DNA of 64,000 nt from assembly GCF_964213995.1 (NCBI RefSeq), contig NC_135816.1:38130001-38194000 (forward strand), read 5' to 3'. Under the pieces are notes generated by a model that searched no databases, was not told the origin of the DNA, and was given only the letters and a program-made list of their open reading frames with translations. Numbering within the stretch: the stretch's first letter is position 1; every line of letters begins with the position of its first letter. This stretch comes from Mustelus asterias. Lineage: Eukaryota. A program made the position numbers and the translations under genes. This document shows positions 26,108-38,775 of this stretch, in pieces.

Positions 26108-26217
26108 TGACCATCCTACACTATGTGGAGATGCCGGCGTTGGACTGGGGTAAACACAGTAAGAAGTTTAACAACACCAGGTTAAAGTCCAACAGGTTTA
26201 TTTGGTAGCAAAAGCCA

Positions 26218-26254
26218 CACAAGCTTTCGAAGCTCTAAACCCCTTCTTCAGGTG
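26218..26254 (-). ncRNA. Minimal hammerhead ribozyme motif, left arm
   Basis: Reverse complement CAC-CTGAAGA-A-GGGGT ttaga GCTTC-GAAA-GC-TT-GTG; stem II retained through G-U pairs. Confidence 0.6.
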
Positions 26255-27448
26255 AGTGGGAATTCTGTTCACAAACAGAGCTTATAAAGACACAGACTCA
26301 ATTTACATGAATAATGGTTGGAATGCGAATACTTACAACTAATCCAGTCTTTAAGAAACAAAACAATGGGAGTGGAGAGAGCATCAAGACAGGCTAAAAA
26401 GATGTGTATTGTCTCCAGACAAGACAGCCAGTGAAACTCTGCAGGTCCACGCAACTGTGGCAGTTACAAATAGTGTGACATGAACCCAACATCCCGGTTG
26501 AGGCCGTCCTTGTGTGTGCGGAACTTGGCTATCAGTTTCTGCTCAGCGACTCTGCGCTGTCGTGTGTCGCGAAGGCCGCCTTGGAGAACACTTACCCAAA
26601 TATCAGAGGCCGAATGCCCGTGACCGCTGAAGTGCTCCCCAACAGGAAGAGAACAGTCTTGCCTGGTGATTGTCGAGCGGTGTTCATTCATCCGTTGTCG
26701 CAGCGTCTGCATAGTTTCCCCAATGTACCATGCCTCGGGACATCCTTTCTTGCAGCGTATCAGGTAGACAACGTTGGCCGAGTTGCAAGAGTATGTACTG
26801 TGTACCTGGTGGATGGTGTTCTCACGTGAGATGATGGCATCTGTGCCGGATCATCGACACAGATGCCATCATCTCACGTGAGAACACCATCCACCAGGTA
26901 CACGGTACATACTCTTGCAACTCGGCCAACGTTGTCTACCTGATACGCTGCAAGAAAGGATGTCCCGAGGCATGGTACATTGGGGAAACTATGCAGACGC
27001 TGCGACAACGGGTGAATGAACACCGCTTGACAATCACCAGGCAAGACTGTTCTCTTCCTGTTGGGGAGCACTTCAGCGGTCACGGGCATTCGGCCTCTGA
27101 TATTCGGGTAAGCGTTCTCCAAGGCGGCCTTCGCGACACACGACAGCGCAGAGTCGCTGAGCAGAAACTGATAGCCAAGTTCCGCACACACAAGGACGGC
27201 CTCAACCGGGATGTTGGGTTCATGTCACACTATTTGTAACTGCCACAGTTGCGTGGACCTGCAGAGTTTCACTGGCTGTCTTGTCTGGAGACAATACACA
27301 TCTTTTTAGCCTGTCTTGATGCTCTCTCCACTCCCATTGTTTTGTTTCTTAAAGACTGGATTAGTTGTAAGTATTCGCATTCCAACCATTATTCATGTAA
27401 ATTGAGTCTGTGTCTTTATAAGTTCTGTTTGTGAACAGAATTCCCACT

Positions 27449-27485
27449 CACCTGAAGAAGGGGCTTAGAGCCTCGAAAGCTTGTG
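27449..27485 (+). ncRNA. Minimal hammerhead ribozyme motif, right arm
   Basis: CAC-CTGAAGA-A-GGGGC ttaga GCCTC-GAAA-GC-TT-GTG. Confidence 0.68.
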
Positions 27486-27584
27486 TGGCTTTTGCTACCA
27501 AATAAACCTGTTGGACTTTAACCTGGTGTTGTTAAACTTCTTACTGTGACCATCCTACACTACACAGACCATCAGCAACCTGAA

Positions 27585-27700
27585 GCGGTCACCATGGCGA
27601 CGGTGCCATCTTGGAACATCACCCGGCGGCCACCCCGCGCGTCCCGCACGTCATATCCGGGCGTGGCGGGCGCGCTTCCTCTTTCTCTGCGGCCTGGGAG
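27585..27700 (+). promoter_or_regulatory. RACK1 CpG-island promoter with TCT/5'TOP initiator
   Basis: CTTCCTCTTTCTCT at 27675-27688; YY1-like ATGGCG and GCCATCTTG; CRE-like ACGTCA; high CpG density. Confidence 0.8.
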
Positions 27701-27716
27701 AAGCGAGCTGAGCTGA

Positions 27717-28037
<321 letters not shown>

Positions 28038-28702
28038 TAGGCGGCCAGGGTTATTGCGGGTTACACGTACACACTTAGACTGCCATCCGCCCATTACAAG
28101 TTGGGTGAGAGAGAGGCCTGGCCTCCCTGTCAGCAAATTACAACAATTCGCAGTTGTTAACTGCAAAGACGGGAGTTGTGTATACATCAGAGTAATCAAA
28201 ACTGGAAATGCTTTTGTTAGATAGTTAAGTAACTGGGGATTAATTAGAAATGCTCGCAACACTTCAATGTCCCAAAGTGTTTGACAGCAAATGCATTGAA
28301 TTCACTTTGCAACTAGAGTCACGGTTTTAGTACACGCGGTAGCTAATTCAAAGCGCGACCGTATCTTTGTGCTAAAAAAGGAAACTACTTTATAGTGGCA
28401 AGAAACCTGCAGTTGGAAATCGGAAGCAGTCCGGTAGAATCTGTGGTGAGAGCAGACCAGTTAACGTTTTCCTTTCAGATCGTTTGTCAATCCTACTCCC
28501 TGGATGGGCAAGCATGGTTACTTACTCAGGGGATGCAGGGCTACTTACTCTTTCATATCATAACCTTCTATTAGAAAGTACTGGTGAAAGGTCACTGATC
28601 TGAGAGGTTGAACTCGTTATTCTCTGCATAGATCCAGCCGGACCTGTTGAGTAGTTCCAGTATTCTCTCTTATTTGATTTTCAGCATCCGGTGTTTGCTT
28701 TT

Positions 28703-28968
28703 CATAGAATCCTACAGTGCAGAAGGAGGCCATTTGGTCCATCAAGCCTGCACTGACCATAATCCCACCCAGATTCTATCCCCATAGCCCCATGTATTTA
28801 CCCTAGCTGGTCCCCCTGACACTAAGGGGCAAGGGGGAACTAGAATTGCCCCTTACTGTCAGGGGGTCTAGCTAGGGTAAATACATGGGGATAGGGCCTA
28901 GGTGAGATTGTGGTTGGTGCAGGCTCGATGGGCCAAATGGCTGCCTCCTCCACTGTGGGGATTCTATG
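28703..28968. repeat. Inverted pair of SINE 3' halves in RACK1 intron 1
   Basis: 28703-28832 (- orientation) and 28846-28968 (+ orientation) are complementary, separated by ~13 bp. Confidence 0.85.
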
Positions 28969-29226
28969 ATTCTAACCTAACAAATAGCCTGACAAATTTG
29001 TAAGTTGTATTTCTATATTTTTAATGTAGCAAAATCCCCAAGGCAATTCACAGGAGTGAATATCAAACAATGTTGGCCACTGCAATATTTGTTCTTATAA
29101 TAAGTTAGCTTTTTGATGAAAATAGGGCATATTACTGAATAATGTTTACTGCATTATGTTAAATTGATGTCATAGCTGGAAAATAACTTAAACTGCAACT
29201 TGAGTTAATCACAATGCTGTGTTTGA

Positions 29227-29421
<195 letters not shown>

Positions 29422-29573
29422 TAAGGATACAGTATTTTAAGATAAAATTTGTAAGTAAAAGTGGGTCTGTTCTGGATGTACTTGAAATGTTAGTAATATC
29501 ATGATGTTGGTCCAAAGACATTGATGGGGTAGTTGAACATTAGTGAATGTTTATGATACCTTGGATTGATTAA

Positions 29574-29765
<192 letters not shown>

Positions 29766-31779
29766 TAGCTACTGTATTATGTATGAACGTGATTATTTCA
29801 GTTTATCACAATTTGATAATTTAGCTGTGAAATCATCCAGTAGCAGAATCTGAAATGGCTAATAATCCCACTCTAAAGAAGCCTTTTATAATTCATCTTA
29901 AATGTAAATTTAAAATGTATCTTTTACATTGTAGTTTCCATGTATTTAAATGCATTCCTAGTCTTGTGATGAGAAATTAGTTAATCAAGGTGTATAATGG
30001 TGGGTCTGAACTTTTCAAACTTATTTTGTCCACCTCAATTGAAAGCGCACACTGGTACAATTATTTTATCCTTGATGTGTCTGGAGACTGTTCTGTGAGG
30101 TGCGACAAATTGAATTCACCATTTATTGGCACAATCATGTTTTGTCCACGAATATAAATATTACTGCAAATAATATTGGAGTCAGTCATATTATGTTTCA
30201 TTTTTGAGTCAAAATTATGCACCACATCTATTAATTTATTCTAGATGCAATGTTTACATGACGTCAAGTTGTCCAATCTCTTTTTAGCCTGATAATTCAA
30301 TCAAACAAAACAGGCATGGCTAATTGGTGGTGGGGGAGACAATGTGGAAGGGAGCGTAACATGTCCTTTAGAGAAAGAAATTGGCTATTTTTGCCTGGTC
30401 TGGCCTACATGTGACTCCAGATCCATAGTGGTTGACTCTTAAATGGCTTAGTGAGCCAGTTCAAGGACAATTAGAGATGGGTAATAAATGCTGGCCCAGA
30501 CAGTGATACCCACATCCAATGAAAGAATTTAACTAGTCAAGTGCCACACTGTTAATGATTTGGATGAAGGGAATGCAAAAGGAATATTTGAAGTGTTACT
30601 ATAGCTGAAGAGGGTGTTGGTAAGGCTGTGCCTGTAGTAGTATGTACAGTTCTGGTCCCTTTAATTGGGGAAAGGACACTTGCATTGGAAGCAGTTCTGA
30701 GAAGGCTCACTGGGCCTGAAATGGCAAGCACTGATACCTGCCATCTGGAGAGTTGGTAGGGAATGCATCTCTGTTGTTGCTACCATGCCAGTTGTCATTT
30801 TTCACTCAAATGAACATTGATTGGCAGCAGGCGAGACTTCTGTCCTCACTTTGACAGAAATCTTGCCTTGGGGAGTTGTCAGGCAATCAGGTTGGCCGAT
30901 AGCTCTCCAGCCCATCCTGGCATGGCAGTGGCTGGAAGAGGTTCCGTGGCTGAGGCACAAGCCTCAGGACCGCAGTTCTGGTGAGTACTTGGAGGATAAG
31001 GGATGTCCCAGTGTTCACCAGGTGGGTGGTCTTGCTGGGTGGGGTGGGATGAATCCATGTGGGGAGGGTGCCCCCAGTCTTGAGTACCCACCCCTTCATC
31101 CGGCCCAAGATGAAGGATGGCAATTGTTTGTTTTCCACTCAGTCAGATGCGGGCCTAAAAATTAAAGCTGGCCAGGCTTCATGTCGACCTCAAAAGTATG
31201 TCTGGGTTAGGGCGGTGGAAGTCTGGAGGGTATCCTATCCATGTTATTTGACGCTCCTGCCTGGGAGGGTAAAACTTTGGTCTAGGTTGATTCCTGTACT
31301 GATATTGTGTGAGGAAAGATCAGGCCTTACTTTGGATGCATAAAGGGTGGTCTTCTGGAAACATACTGAGCGGGATTGAGGATGATTTCCTTCATGGGGA
31401 AAGCTAGAGCAAAGGAACACAGTTTCAGAATGAGGCATCTCCCATTTAAGACAGATGAATTTCTTTGTGCGTAGTTATTCTTTACAATTCTGCACCCTAA
31501 AGTGGAGGCTGAGTCATTGCATGAAGACTGAGTTGGGTAAATGTTTGGTCTGTACTTTAGTTGAGGGACTGGCAGAAAAGTAGAGCTGTGACCATGAACT
31601 AGGTCAGCCATTTTATTGAATGGCAAGGCACTCTTGAGAGGCCGAACGGCCTACTCTTTAAATTATTATTGACCATGGTTTCTCAGGTAGGCGGCAGCAA
31701 GAATTGTCAAATGCAGGAAGTGAGAATGGTGAATCTGCCTTTGTTAATTTTGCTCCATTTTTCCCATGTCTGTTTATAG

Positions 31780-31932
<153 letters not shown>

Positions 31933-32122
31933 TGATGGAAATAAATTTCAACTGCTGTAAAGTTGGGTCAATGGTTGGATGTAGATTTTGCCAGGACTGA
32001 AATTTGAAGCTTTCTTTGGCAGTGTCTGAATTGAGATCTCGGTTTATTTTTTAAATTGGGATGTAATAGTCTAAAATCTGAAGTCTTTGAAGTGTTTAAA
32101 TGTGTATTCATCACTAATCCAG

Positions 32123-32233
32123 GTTTGGAACTTGGCCAACTGCAAACTGAAAACAAATCACATTGGGCACCCTGGCTATCTGAACACAGTTACCGTTTCT
32201 CCTGATGGATCCCTGTGTGCTTCTGGAGGCAAG
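32123..32233 (+). CDS. RACK1: RACK1 exon 5
   Basis: [37 protein letters not shown]. Confidence 0.98.
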
Positions 32234-32556
32234 GTAGATCACCATAGCTTTACGTGATTACTATTAACAGGGAAAATAGGTGTTTTTCATTTGATGGATT
32301 AGATGGCTAACAGCCCTTGAAATAGACATTATCAACAGCATTCAACTGTTCAGCGAATGTATGTGCATGAAATCTGATTTGTCATTTGCATTCTACTGTT
32401 GCTACAATATTTTCAGGCTGCTCTTAGTTTTTAGTTTCAAATGTGAAATATTATAAAACCAAAGCCAGTAAAAACTCGTGTCTAATGGTTTTCCAGAAGT
32501 TTTGAATTGTCTGTCAAACTTTGCCCAGTATAAGATTTTTTTGTTCCTCCGTGTAG

Positions 32557-32796
<240 letters not shown>

Positions 32797-33403
32797 TAGA
32801 ACAAACCCTTGATGTATGGGGGGATGATTCTCCAAAAAAAAAATCTAAATTATAGAATCCTACTGTGCAGAAGGACTCCATTTGGCCATTGACAGTACGA
32901 GGGAAATTCAGATGAAAAGCCACATTTTCAATATTAACTCTGATTTGTCCACACAGTGAACCATGAGCTGTTTGTGGCTGTGTTCTATTTTATTGACTAG
33001 TTTCTCCTGTTCATGGTCTGGATATTTGGAAGGGGCCATATAGTTGGTGCCTTATCTTTGGATACAGTCTACTAGTAATTGTCTTTTTTTTGCACAAAAA
33101 CAAATTGAAATGTTCTTTGACATTGGGGGCTAGCCAGCAGCAAAGCCACTCCTTAGTGTAGCAATGTATTTTAATTATTTTCCAATACCCCATTTGCCTG
33201 AAAGAACAGGGTGATGAAACACCGCCTTATTTTTGTAACTGCCCATTGGTTAATGTTGCTTGCACATCCGGGTAGTTGAGTGTCAGTATTTGTTTTTGAA
33301 GATGCTAATAATGTTGCTAAATTCAATTTGTATTTGCTTAAAACCACCTTGTACAGACCAGAATGGACAGGTATTTTCAATTGAAATATTAATTCAAATT
33401 CGA

Positions 33404-33490
33404 CCAGTATCCTGATGATTATTTCTATTCACAAAAACACCTGACCCTTATGGGGGTGATTACAAGTCCTGCAAATATGAGGGATACTGG
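33404..33490 (+). ncRNA. SNORD96: C/D box snoRNA, SNORD96-like (5.8S rRNA 2'-O-methylation guide), intron 6 copy
   Basis: 9-bp terminal stem CCAGTATCC/GGATACTGG; C box TGATGA; D' CTGA; C' GTGATTA; guide GTCCTGCAA complementary to 5.8S UUGCAGGAC; variant D box ATGA. Human RACK1 hosts SNORD96A. Confidence 0.75.
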
Positions 33491-33581
33491 ACTATAATTT
33501 TCAGTAATGGCAATTGTGCAATGTATGTGGCTGTTGTATGTTAGTCTTATACTTGCGAGTTTTTAAACAGAAACTTCCTAA

Positions 33582-33803
<222 letters not shown>

Positions 33804-33806
33804 TGA

Positions 33807-33892
33807 CCAGTATCCCGATGATTATTCCTATTCACAAAAACACCTGACCCTTATGGGGGTGATTACAAGTCCTGCAAATATGAGGGATGCTA
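33807..33892 (+). ncRNA. SNORD96: C/D box snoRNA, SNORD96-like, intron 7 copy
   Basis: Near-identical to 33404-33490; stem AGTATCCC/GGGATGCT; C box degenerate (CGATGA); identical guide. Confidence 0.65.
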
Positions 33893-34153
33893 GACTATCA
33901 TTTTTAGTAGTGGCAATTGTGAAATGTATGTGGCTGTTGTATGTTCATGTACCTCCAAGAGTTATACAGTTATACATATTGATAGTTAAATAGCAGTAAC
34001 TTGAGTGATTTTGTCCCTGTGGCATGTTTTAGCTACCAGTTTGCAAATCTAGAAACCCAGTGGTGGCTGGCTTGAAGGCCACTTAATTAGATAGCAATTT
34101 GAGAGATAAACAACCATATTAGAATTAAATGATCTCTTATGTTTGCCCCACAG

Positions 34154-34219
34154 ACGTTGTTTGCTGGCTACACTGATAACCTCATCAGAGTGTGGCAGGT
34201 CACCATTGGAACAAGATGA
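34154..34219 (+). CDS. RACK1: RACK1 exon 8 (stop)
   Basis: TLFAGYTDNLIRVWQVTIGTR*; AATAAA at 34271-34276. Confidence 0.98.
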   Translation, partial: TLFAGYTDNLIRVWQVTIGTR

Positions 34220-35439
34220 AGTGTTTCTTCTGAGAAGATAGAGAATCTTTACTTGTTTGAGCTGATCTGAAATAAAATATTCCTGTTTTCAACCTGTATC
34301 GGATCTCAACTTGAATACATGGTGTTCCCTTTCGGATTTCCTGAGTGAATAACTGATCTAAGCACACTTGCCTGTTTTATAATGTGACAACATTGAATGT
34401 TAAAGTTCTGTATATGTAACCATGGCTAATCGTAATATTTAATTGTGGGAGGGTTTTGCAGATTGCTAAATGCCATTTTCAAGTTTTATTAAAACTAGGC
34501 TAGATAGGTTGGATTACTGTTCTTTCATGTTGCACTATATATGAAAGGTTGTAAGTAGTCTTTTTTGGGGCCTATGGAGGCTGTGTTTACAAAAAAAATT
34601 CTTATTGCCTTTGATTCTTTTGCTGGTTACCTTAAAATCAGTGTGTCTGGTTATGTATCCTTTCAACAAGGACACTTTCTTTCCTTTTCCTCGGTCCCTT
34701 GTGATTTTTGAACACACAAATCTCTATGGAAAACAGCCTCAGCTTCTCCAATCTAACCATGCAGCTAAAATCCCTCATGCCTGGCATAATTCTTGTAAAT
34801 ATTTTCTGCACCCTCTTTAATGCATTCACATCCTTCAAGTGTGGTGACCAGAATTAGACAATCCAGTTAAAATTAATGTATGACAGAATTTGCCATTTCT
34901 ATATTGTTTTGCAATTAATCCTGCCCTTTAAAGCAACATTCCCCCCCCCCAAAACAATTGCAAATCTACTGGTGGTCTTGTTGAGTCCAGGCTATTTGGG
35001 ATGGAATACAAATGTAAACTCACTTTTCTAATCTATAGGAGCATTCCCTGAATGTTCCATAGTGCTAGATTAGATTGTTGGATGCTCATTGGCTACAGAG
35101 AGTCATGCTCAGAAAAATATGCATCAGAAACATGGACAATGTACAGCAGGCACTCAATTCCCTGGAGCGATATAATCTGGCACAAGATTCTTAAAACAAG
35201 TGCTCTACTCTGAGCTTTGCCATGGCAAGCACTTACGAGGAGGGCAGAGGAAATGCTGCAAGGACACACGGGGAGGAGGCAAGTGTAAATAGCAGATGTA
35301 TACACTAGCCTATGCAACCTTTTCTGATAACTAAAATTCTCCATTCTGGATCACATCCTTGTTAATCTCTGGTACCTTCTTTAGTACAATCGCATCTTGG
35401 CACCCATCTCATCAAACCTGTGGCAGTCTGCAGCTCCAG

Positions 35440-36105
35440 GATTGGAGTATTGTGTTTCTGAGTGGAGGGCTGTGACAAGTGGTGTTCTGTGTTTACCCCA
35501 GTCCAACACTGGCATCTCCACATCAAGTGGTGTTCCTCAGGGATCAGTGCTGGGACCTTTGCTGTTCGCAATATATATAAATGATTTGGAAGAAAATATA
35601 ACTGGTTTGATTAGTAAGTTTGTGGATGACACAATGGTTGGTGGATTTGCGGATAGCGATGAGGACCATCAGAGGATACAGCAGGATATAGATCGGTTGG
35701 AGGCTTGGGTGGAGAGATGGCAGATGGAGTTTAATCCAGACAAATGTGAGGTAATGCATTTTGGAAGTCTAATAAAGATAGGATATATACAGTAAATGGC
35801 AGGACCCTTAAGAGTATTGATAGGCAGAGGGATCTGGGTGTACAGGTACACAGGTCATTGAAAGTGGCAACGTAGGTGGAGAAGGTAGTCAAGAAGGCAT
35901 ATGGTATGCTTGCCTTCATCAGCCAGGGCATGAGTTTTAAAATTAGCAAGTCATGTTGCAGCTTTATAGAACCTTAGTTAGGCTGCACTTGGAATATAGT
36001 GTTCAATTCTGGTTGCCACACTACCAGAAGGATGTGGAGTCTTTGGAGAGGGTACAGAAAAGATTTACCAGGATGTTGCCTGGTATGGAGGGCATTAGCT
36101 ATGAG
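35440..36105 (+). mobile_element. CR1 RT fragment with a 36-bp PLE tail inserted at 35488-35523
   Basis: GVPQGSVLGPLLFAIYINDL..KFVDDT; the insert is flanked by the TSD CAAGTGGTGTTC. Confidence 0.9.
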
Positions 36106-36379
36106 GTGAGGGCCTGTTCCTGTGCTGTAATTTTCTTTGTTTTTTGGCCACTGCCTGCGTGTCATTGTTTTAACTTGCGGTGGTCTTGGGTCAGTTGCAG
36201 GGAAATCTGAGACGACTGGAGACCAGGCTCTGCTGTAGGATAGAGACTAACAAACACATCATCCACCAAGCATCTGCCTGTCTGTCAGGGACATCACTCT
36301 TTGGGTGTGATGTCATTCCCCCACTCTCCTGCCTGGTAGTCTCACTCCTGTTTGCACTGCTCCTGTCCCGCTGTCACTA

Positions 36380-37240
36380 AGAAAGGTGTGTTGCACTAGA
36401 GAAGATACTGCAGAGATTTACAAGGATGTTACCTGGACTGGAGAATTTTAGTTATCAGGAAAGATTGCATAGGCTAATGTTTATTTTTGGAGACTGAGGA
36501 GGGAGCTTCTTGAAGTTTACACAATTGCAAAGTCTAGGTAGAGTGACTAGGAAGCCCCTCGCCCTGGATTGAGAGGTCTATAACCAGGCGGCATAAATTC
36601 AGCGTGAGAGTTGGGAGCTTCATTGTCTTAGAGGTTTACAGCATGGAAACAGGCCCTTCAGCCCAATGTGTCTATGCCACCATTTTTTTAATGACTAAGC
36701 TAGTCCCAATTGCCCGCGTTTGGCCTATTTACCTCGATAGCCATCTTACTCATGTTTCTGTCAATGTTTTTTAAAAGAAAATTGTAGCCGCCTCTACTAC
36801 TACCTCTGGCAGCTTGTTCCAGACACTCACCGCCCTCTGTGAAAAAATTGCCCCTCTGCACACTTTTGCATCTCTCGCCTTAAACCTATGCCCTCTAGTT
36901 TTAGACTCCCTTACCTTTGGGAGAAAATGTTGACTAGCTGATCTATGCCACTCCATTATTTTATAGACCTCTATAACATCATTCCTACGCTCCAGCACCC
37001 ACTTTTTTACAGATAATTCATTGGGAAATCTTTGAGGGTGGTGGGGATCTGGAATTTGCTGCCTGAAAGAATGTTGGAGATGGAAATGATCACTGTATTT
37101 ACAAAGTACTTGAGCGCACAGCTGAAGTGCTGTAGCTTACCAGGCTGTGCACCAAAAGCCAGAAAGTGGGATTGGGCTGGATGGCTCCTTACTAACTAGC
37201 ATAGACACAATGAACTGAATGGCCTTCCATGCTGTGAATT
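36380..37240. mobile_element. Nested CR1 3' fragments on both strands
   Basis: RFTRMLPGL and IFSQRAVSVWNKLP remnants with CR1 3'UTR signatures. Confidence 0.7.
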
Positions 37241-37956
37241 TGTAAAGTTTATTTCCACGTTCCCATTAATCTGCATCTAATATCTTCCTATTGCCACGTG
37301 TTGCATGATTTTCTGCTCTCCACTGATTTCAGTTTTTAAAGTTTTCAATGTGTGGATGACATGCTGTATTAATTTCCCATCTCAAGATGGTGGTGATGGG
37401 CCTTCTGTCATTGCTGCAGTTCCACAAAGCTGTCAGGCAGGGATCTTGGCAATGATTAAAAAAAGGGGAGAGAAATGTTTTAAGTCAGGATAGTGTGCAA
37501 TTTAATAGAGGAACTTGTAGGTTATGTTTCCAGGACATTGCTACATCAGTGAATTAACAATCTAAAACCGATCATAAAATACAAACTAGGTGAACTGTAA
37601 GAAAAGTCCCCCACCACCACTGTCGAAGTCTCCGTGTGACTTTGTTTAACGTAGTTACCTTGGGGCACTGTCATTGTAGTCAGATTTTGGTGATGTGTGG
37701 AACAGCTTCCTGTTGCAGCCATTTAGACGCACATTTTCCCTTCACCGGTTGTGCTGTTGAGAACCTTTCGGACCGCATTTTGTCTGGCACCTCTCCCGGA
37801 CTTTGCTGCCATTGGTCGTCCTACCAGGAGCAAGAAGCTCCTGACTGAATGGTTCAGGGGGTAGTCGGAAGGTACACACCTCTCCACCACGCGGAGGTAG
37901 CGCTCCACATAGGGGCTAAGTAATGTAACACATCCTGTGCTCCTGCAGTTCAGCTA

Positions 37957-38460
37957 GTTACCATGTAACAGAACTAGAATAAATCAGAAACCAGGTGAAC
38001 CAGTTCGGTGTCAAGTGGCAGCTACTGCAAACAGCTCTGCATATCAAAGTTAGAGGCAATTGCTTAAATATTTGGAGGCAAGTTAGAGGCAATTGCTTAA
38101 ATATTTGGCGGAATAACAATTATTTAAAAACATTGTAGTGAGAAAAAGTATTTAATTGATATTTGAACCGATCTCAAACAGACATGCGGTAGAATCTACA
38201 TTCTCCTGCTCAAAATTTCAGAGTTTGTAGAAAGAAATCTTTTGAGTTTAGCTGAGTGACAGTATTCACAGGAGCCACAGACAAGTTGCCCAATGAGTTC
38301 CCTACCGTCATTAAGATTTATTTACAAAACGTTGCAGATTAGCAAGGCGTTTTATAAAATCTAAAGTAACCTGCGATAAATGTAAATTGGTGTCAGAGAA
38401 AGGTTGCTTCTGCAAAGTCTCCTGGGAGAGGGACATTAACACGGACTGTCCCTTAGCAAC
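37957..38460 (+). promoter_or_regulatory. RFX X-box motifs upstream of NME5
   Basis: GTTACCATGTAAC (37957-37969) and GTCCCTTAGCAAC (38448-38460) fit the X-box consensus; NME5 is a motile-cilia gene. Confidence 0.6.
38047..38108 (+). repeat. 29-bp perfect direct repeat (33-bp period)
   Basis: AAGTTAGAGGCAATTGCTTAAATATTTGG at 38047 and 38080. Confidence 0.9.
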
Positions 38461-38643
38461 CAGAGCAGCCGATACAACAACAGAAGGAAAATGGGGAAGA
38501 TCTGTGCCGTGTTTTAAAAAGCTCTTGTTACTCGCAAGTGTAAAAAACCCCACATTTTTAGAATAACTTTTTCATTTTCTCGCTGCCGCTGCAGTGCTGT
38601 CCAGTTGCAGTGTTTTGTTGGGAATTTCAGCCGGAGGGAGTGA

Positions 38644-38775
38644 ATGATGGAGCAAGCTCAGTGTGCAGCAGAGGTGTATGTGGAGAGGACACTGGCCCTG
38701 ATCAAACCCGACGCCATTGAGAACGCCAACGAAATCGAAGAGATCATCCTCCGATCCGGGTTCACCATTCTTCAA
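38644..38775 (+). CDS. NME5: NME5 (nucleoside diphosphate kinase homolog 5) coding exon 1 of 5
   Basis: MMEQAQCAAEVYVERTLALIKPDAIENANEIEEIILRSGFTILQ|GT. The five exons (132+206+101+119+87 = 645 nt) give 214 aa plus stop. Confidence 0.95.

Larger units (their letters stand above)
26124..27548. mobile_element. Palindromic Penelope-like insertion (691-bp arms 26155-26845 and 26858-27548, plus a 31-bp tail)
   Basis: Mirror-image ORFs (26464..26712- and 26991..27239+) with constant coordinate sum 53703; GIY-YIG motif WYIGETMQTLRQR; 16-bp direct repeat TGACCATCCTACACTA at 26108-26123 and 27547-27562. Confidence 0.95.

Noticed and set aside
26108-27562. Palindrome as an assembly fold-back artefact
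   Set aside because: The arms differ by several transitions, only one carries the tail, there is a 16-bp TSD, and the same architecture recurs at small scale; long reads would settle it.
29101-29190. Possible C/D snoRNA in RACK1 intron 1 (TTGATGA, internal CTGA, TAAGTTA/TAACTTA stem)
   Set aside because: No terminal D box (CTGG), and no match to the recalled SNORD95 guides or another clear rRNA antisense element.
29788-29853. Weak SNORD95 resemblance (ATCCAGTAGCAGAATCTGA) in intron 3
   Set aside because: Guide is mismatched, the C box is poor and there is no terminal stem.
32305-32420. Hairpin with an ACA triplet in RACK1 intron 5 (possible H/ACA RNA)
   Set aside because: Could not identify two hairpins with an H box; would need a covariance-model search.
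35298-36483. ~65-bp inverted match (35298-35362 vs 36420-36483)
   Set aside because: Both are old CR1 fragments in opposite orientation; intergenic and expected at this repeat density.
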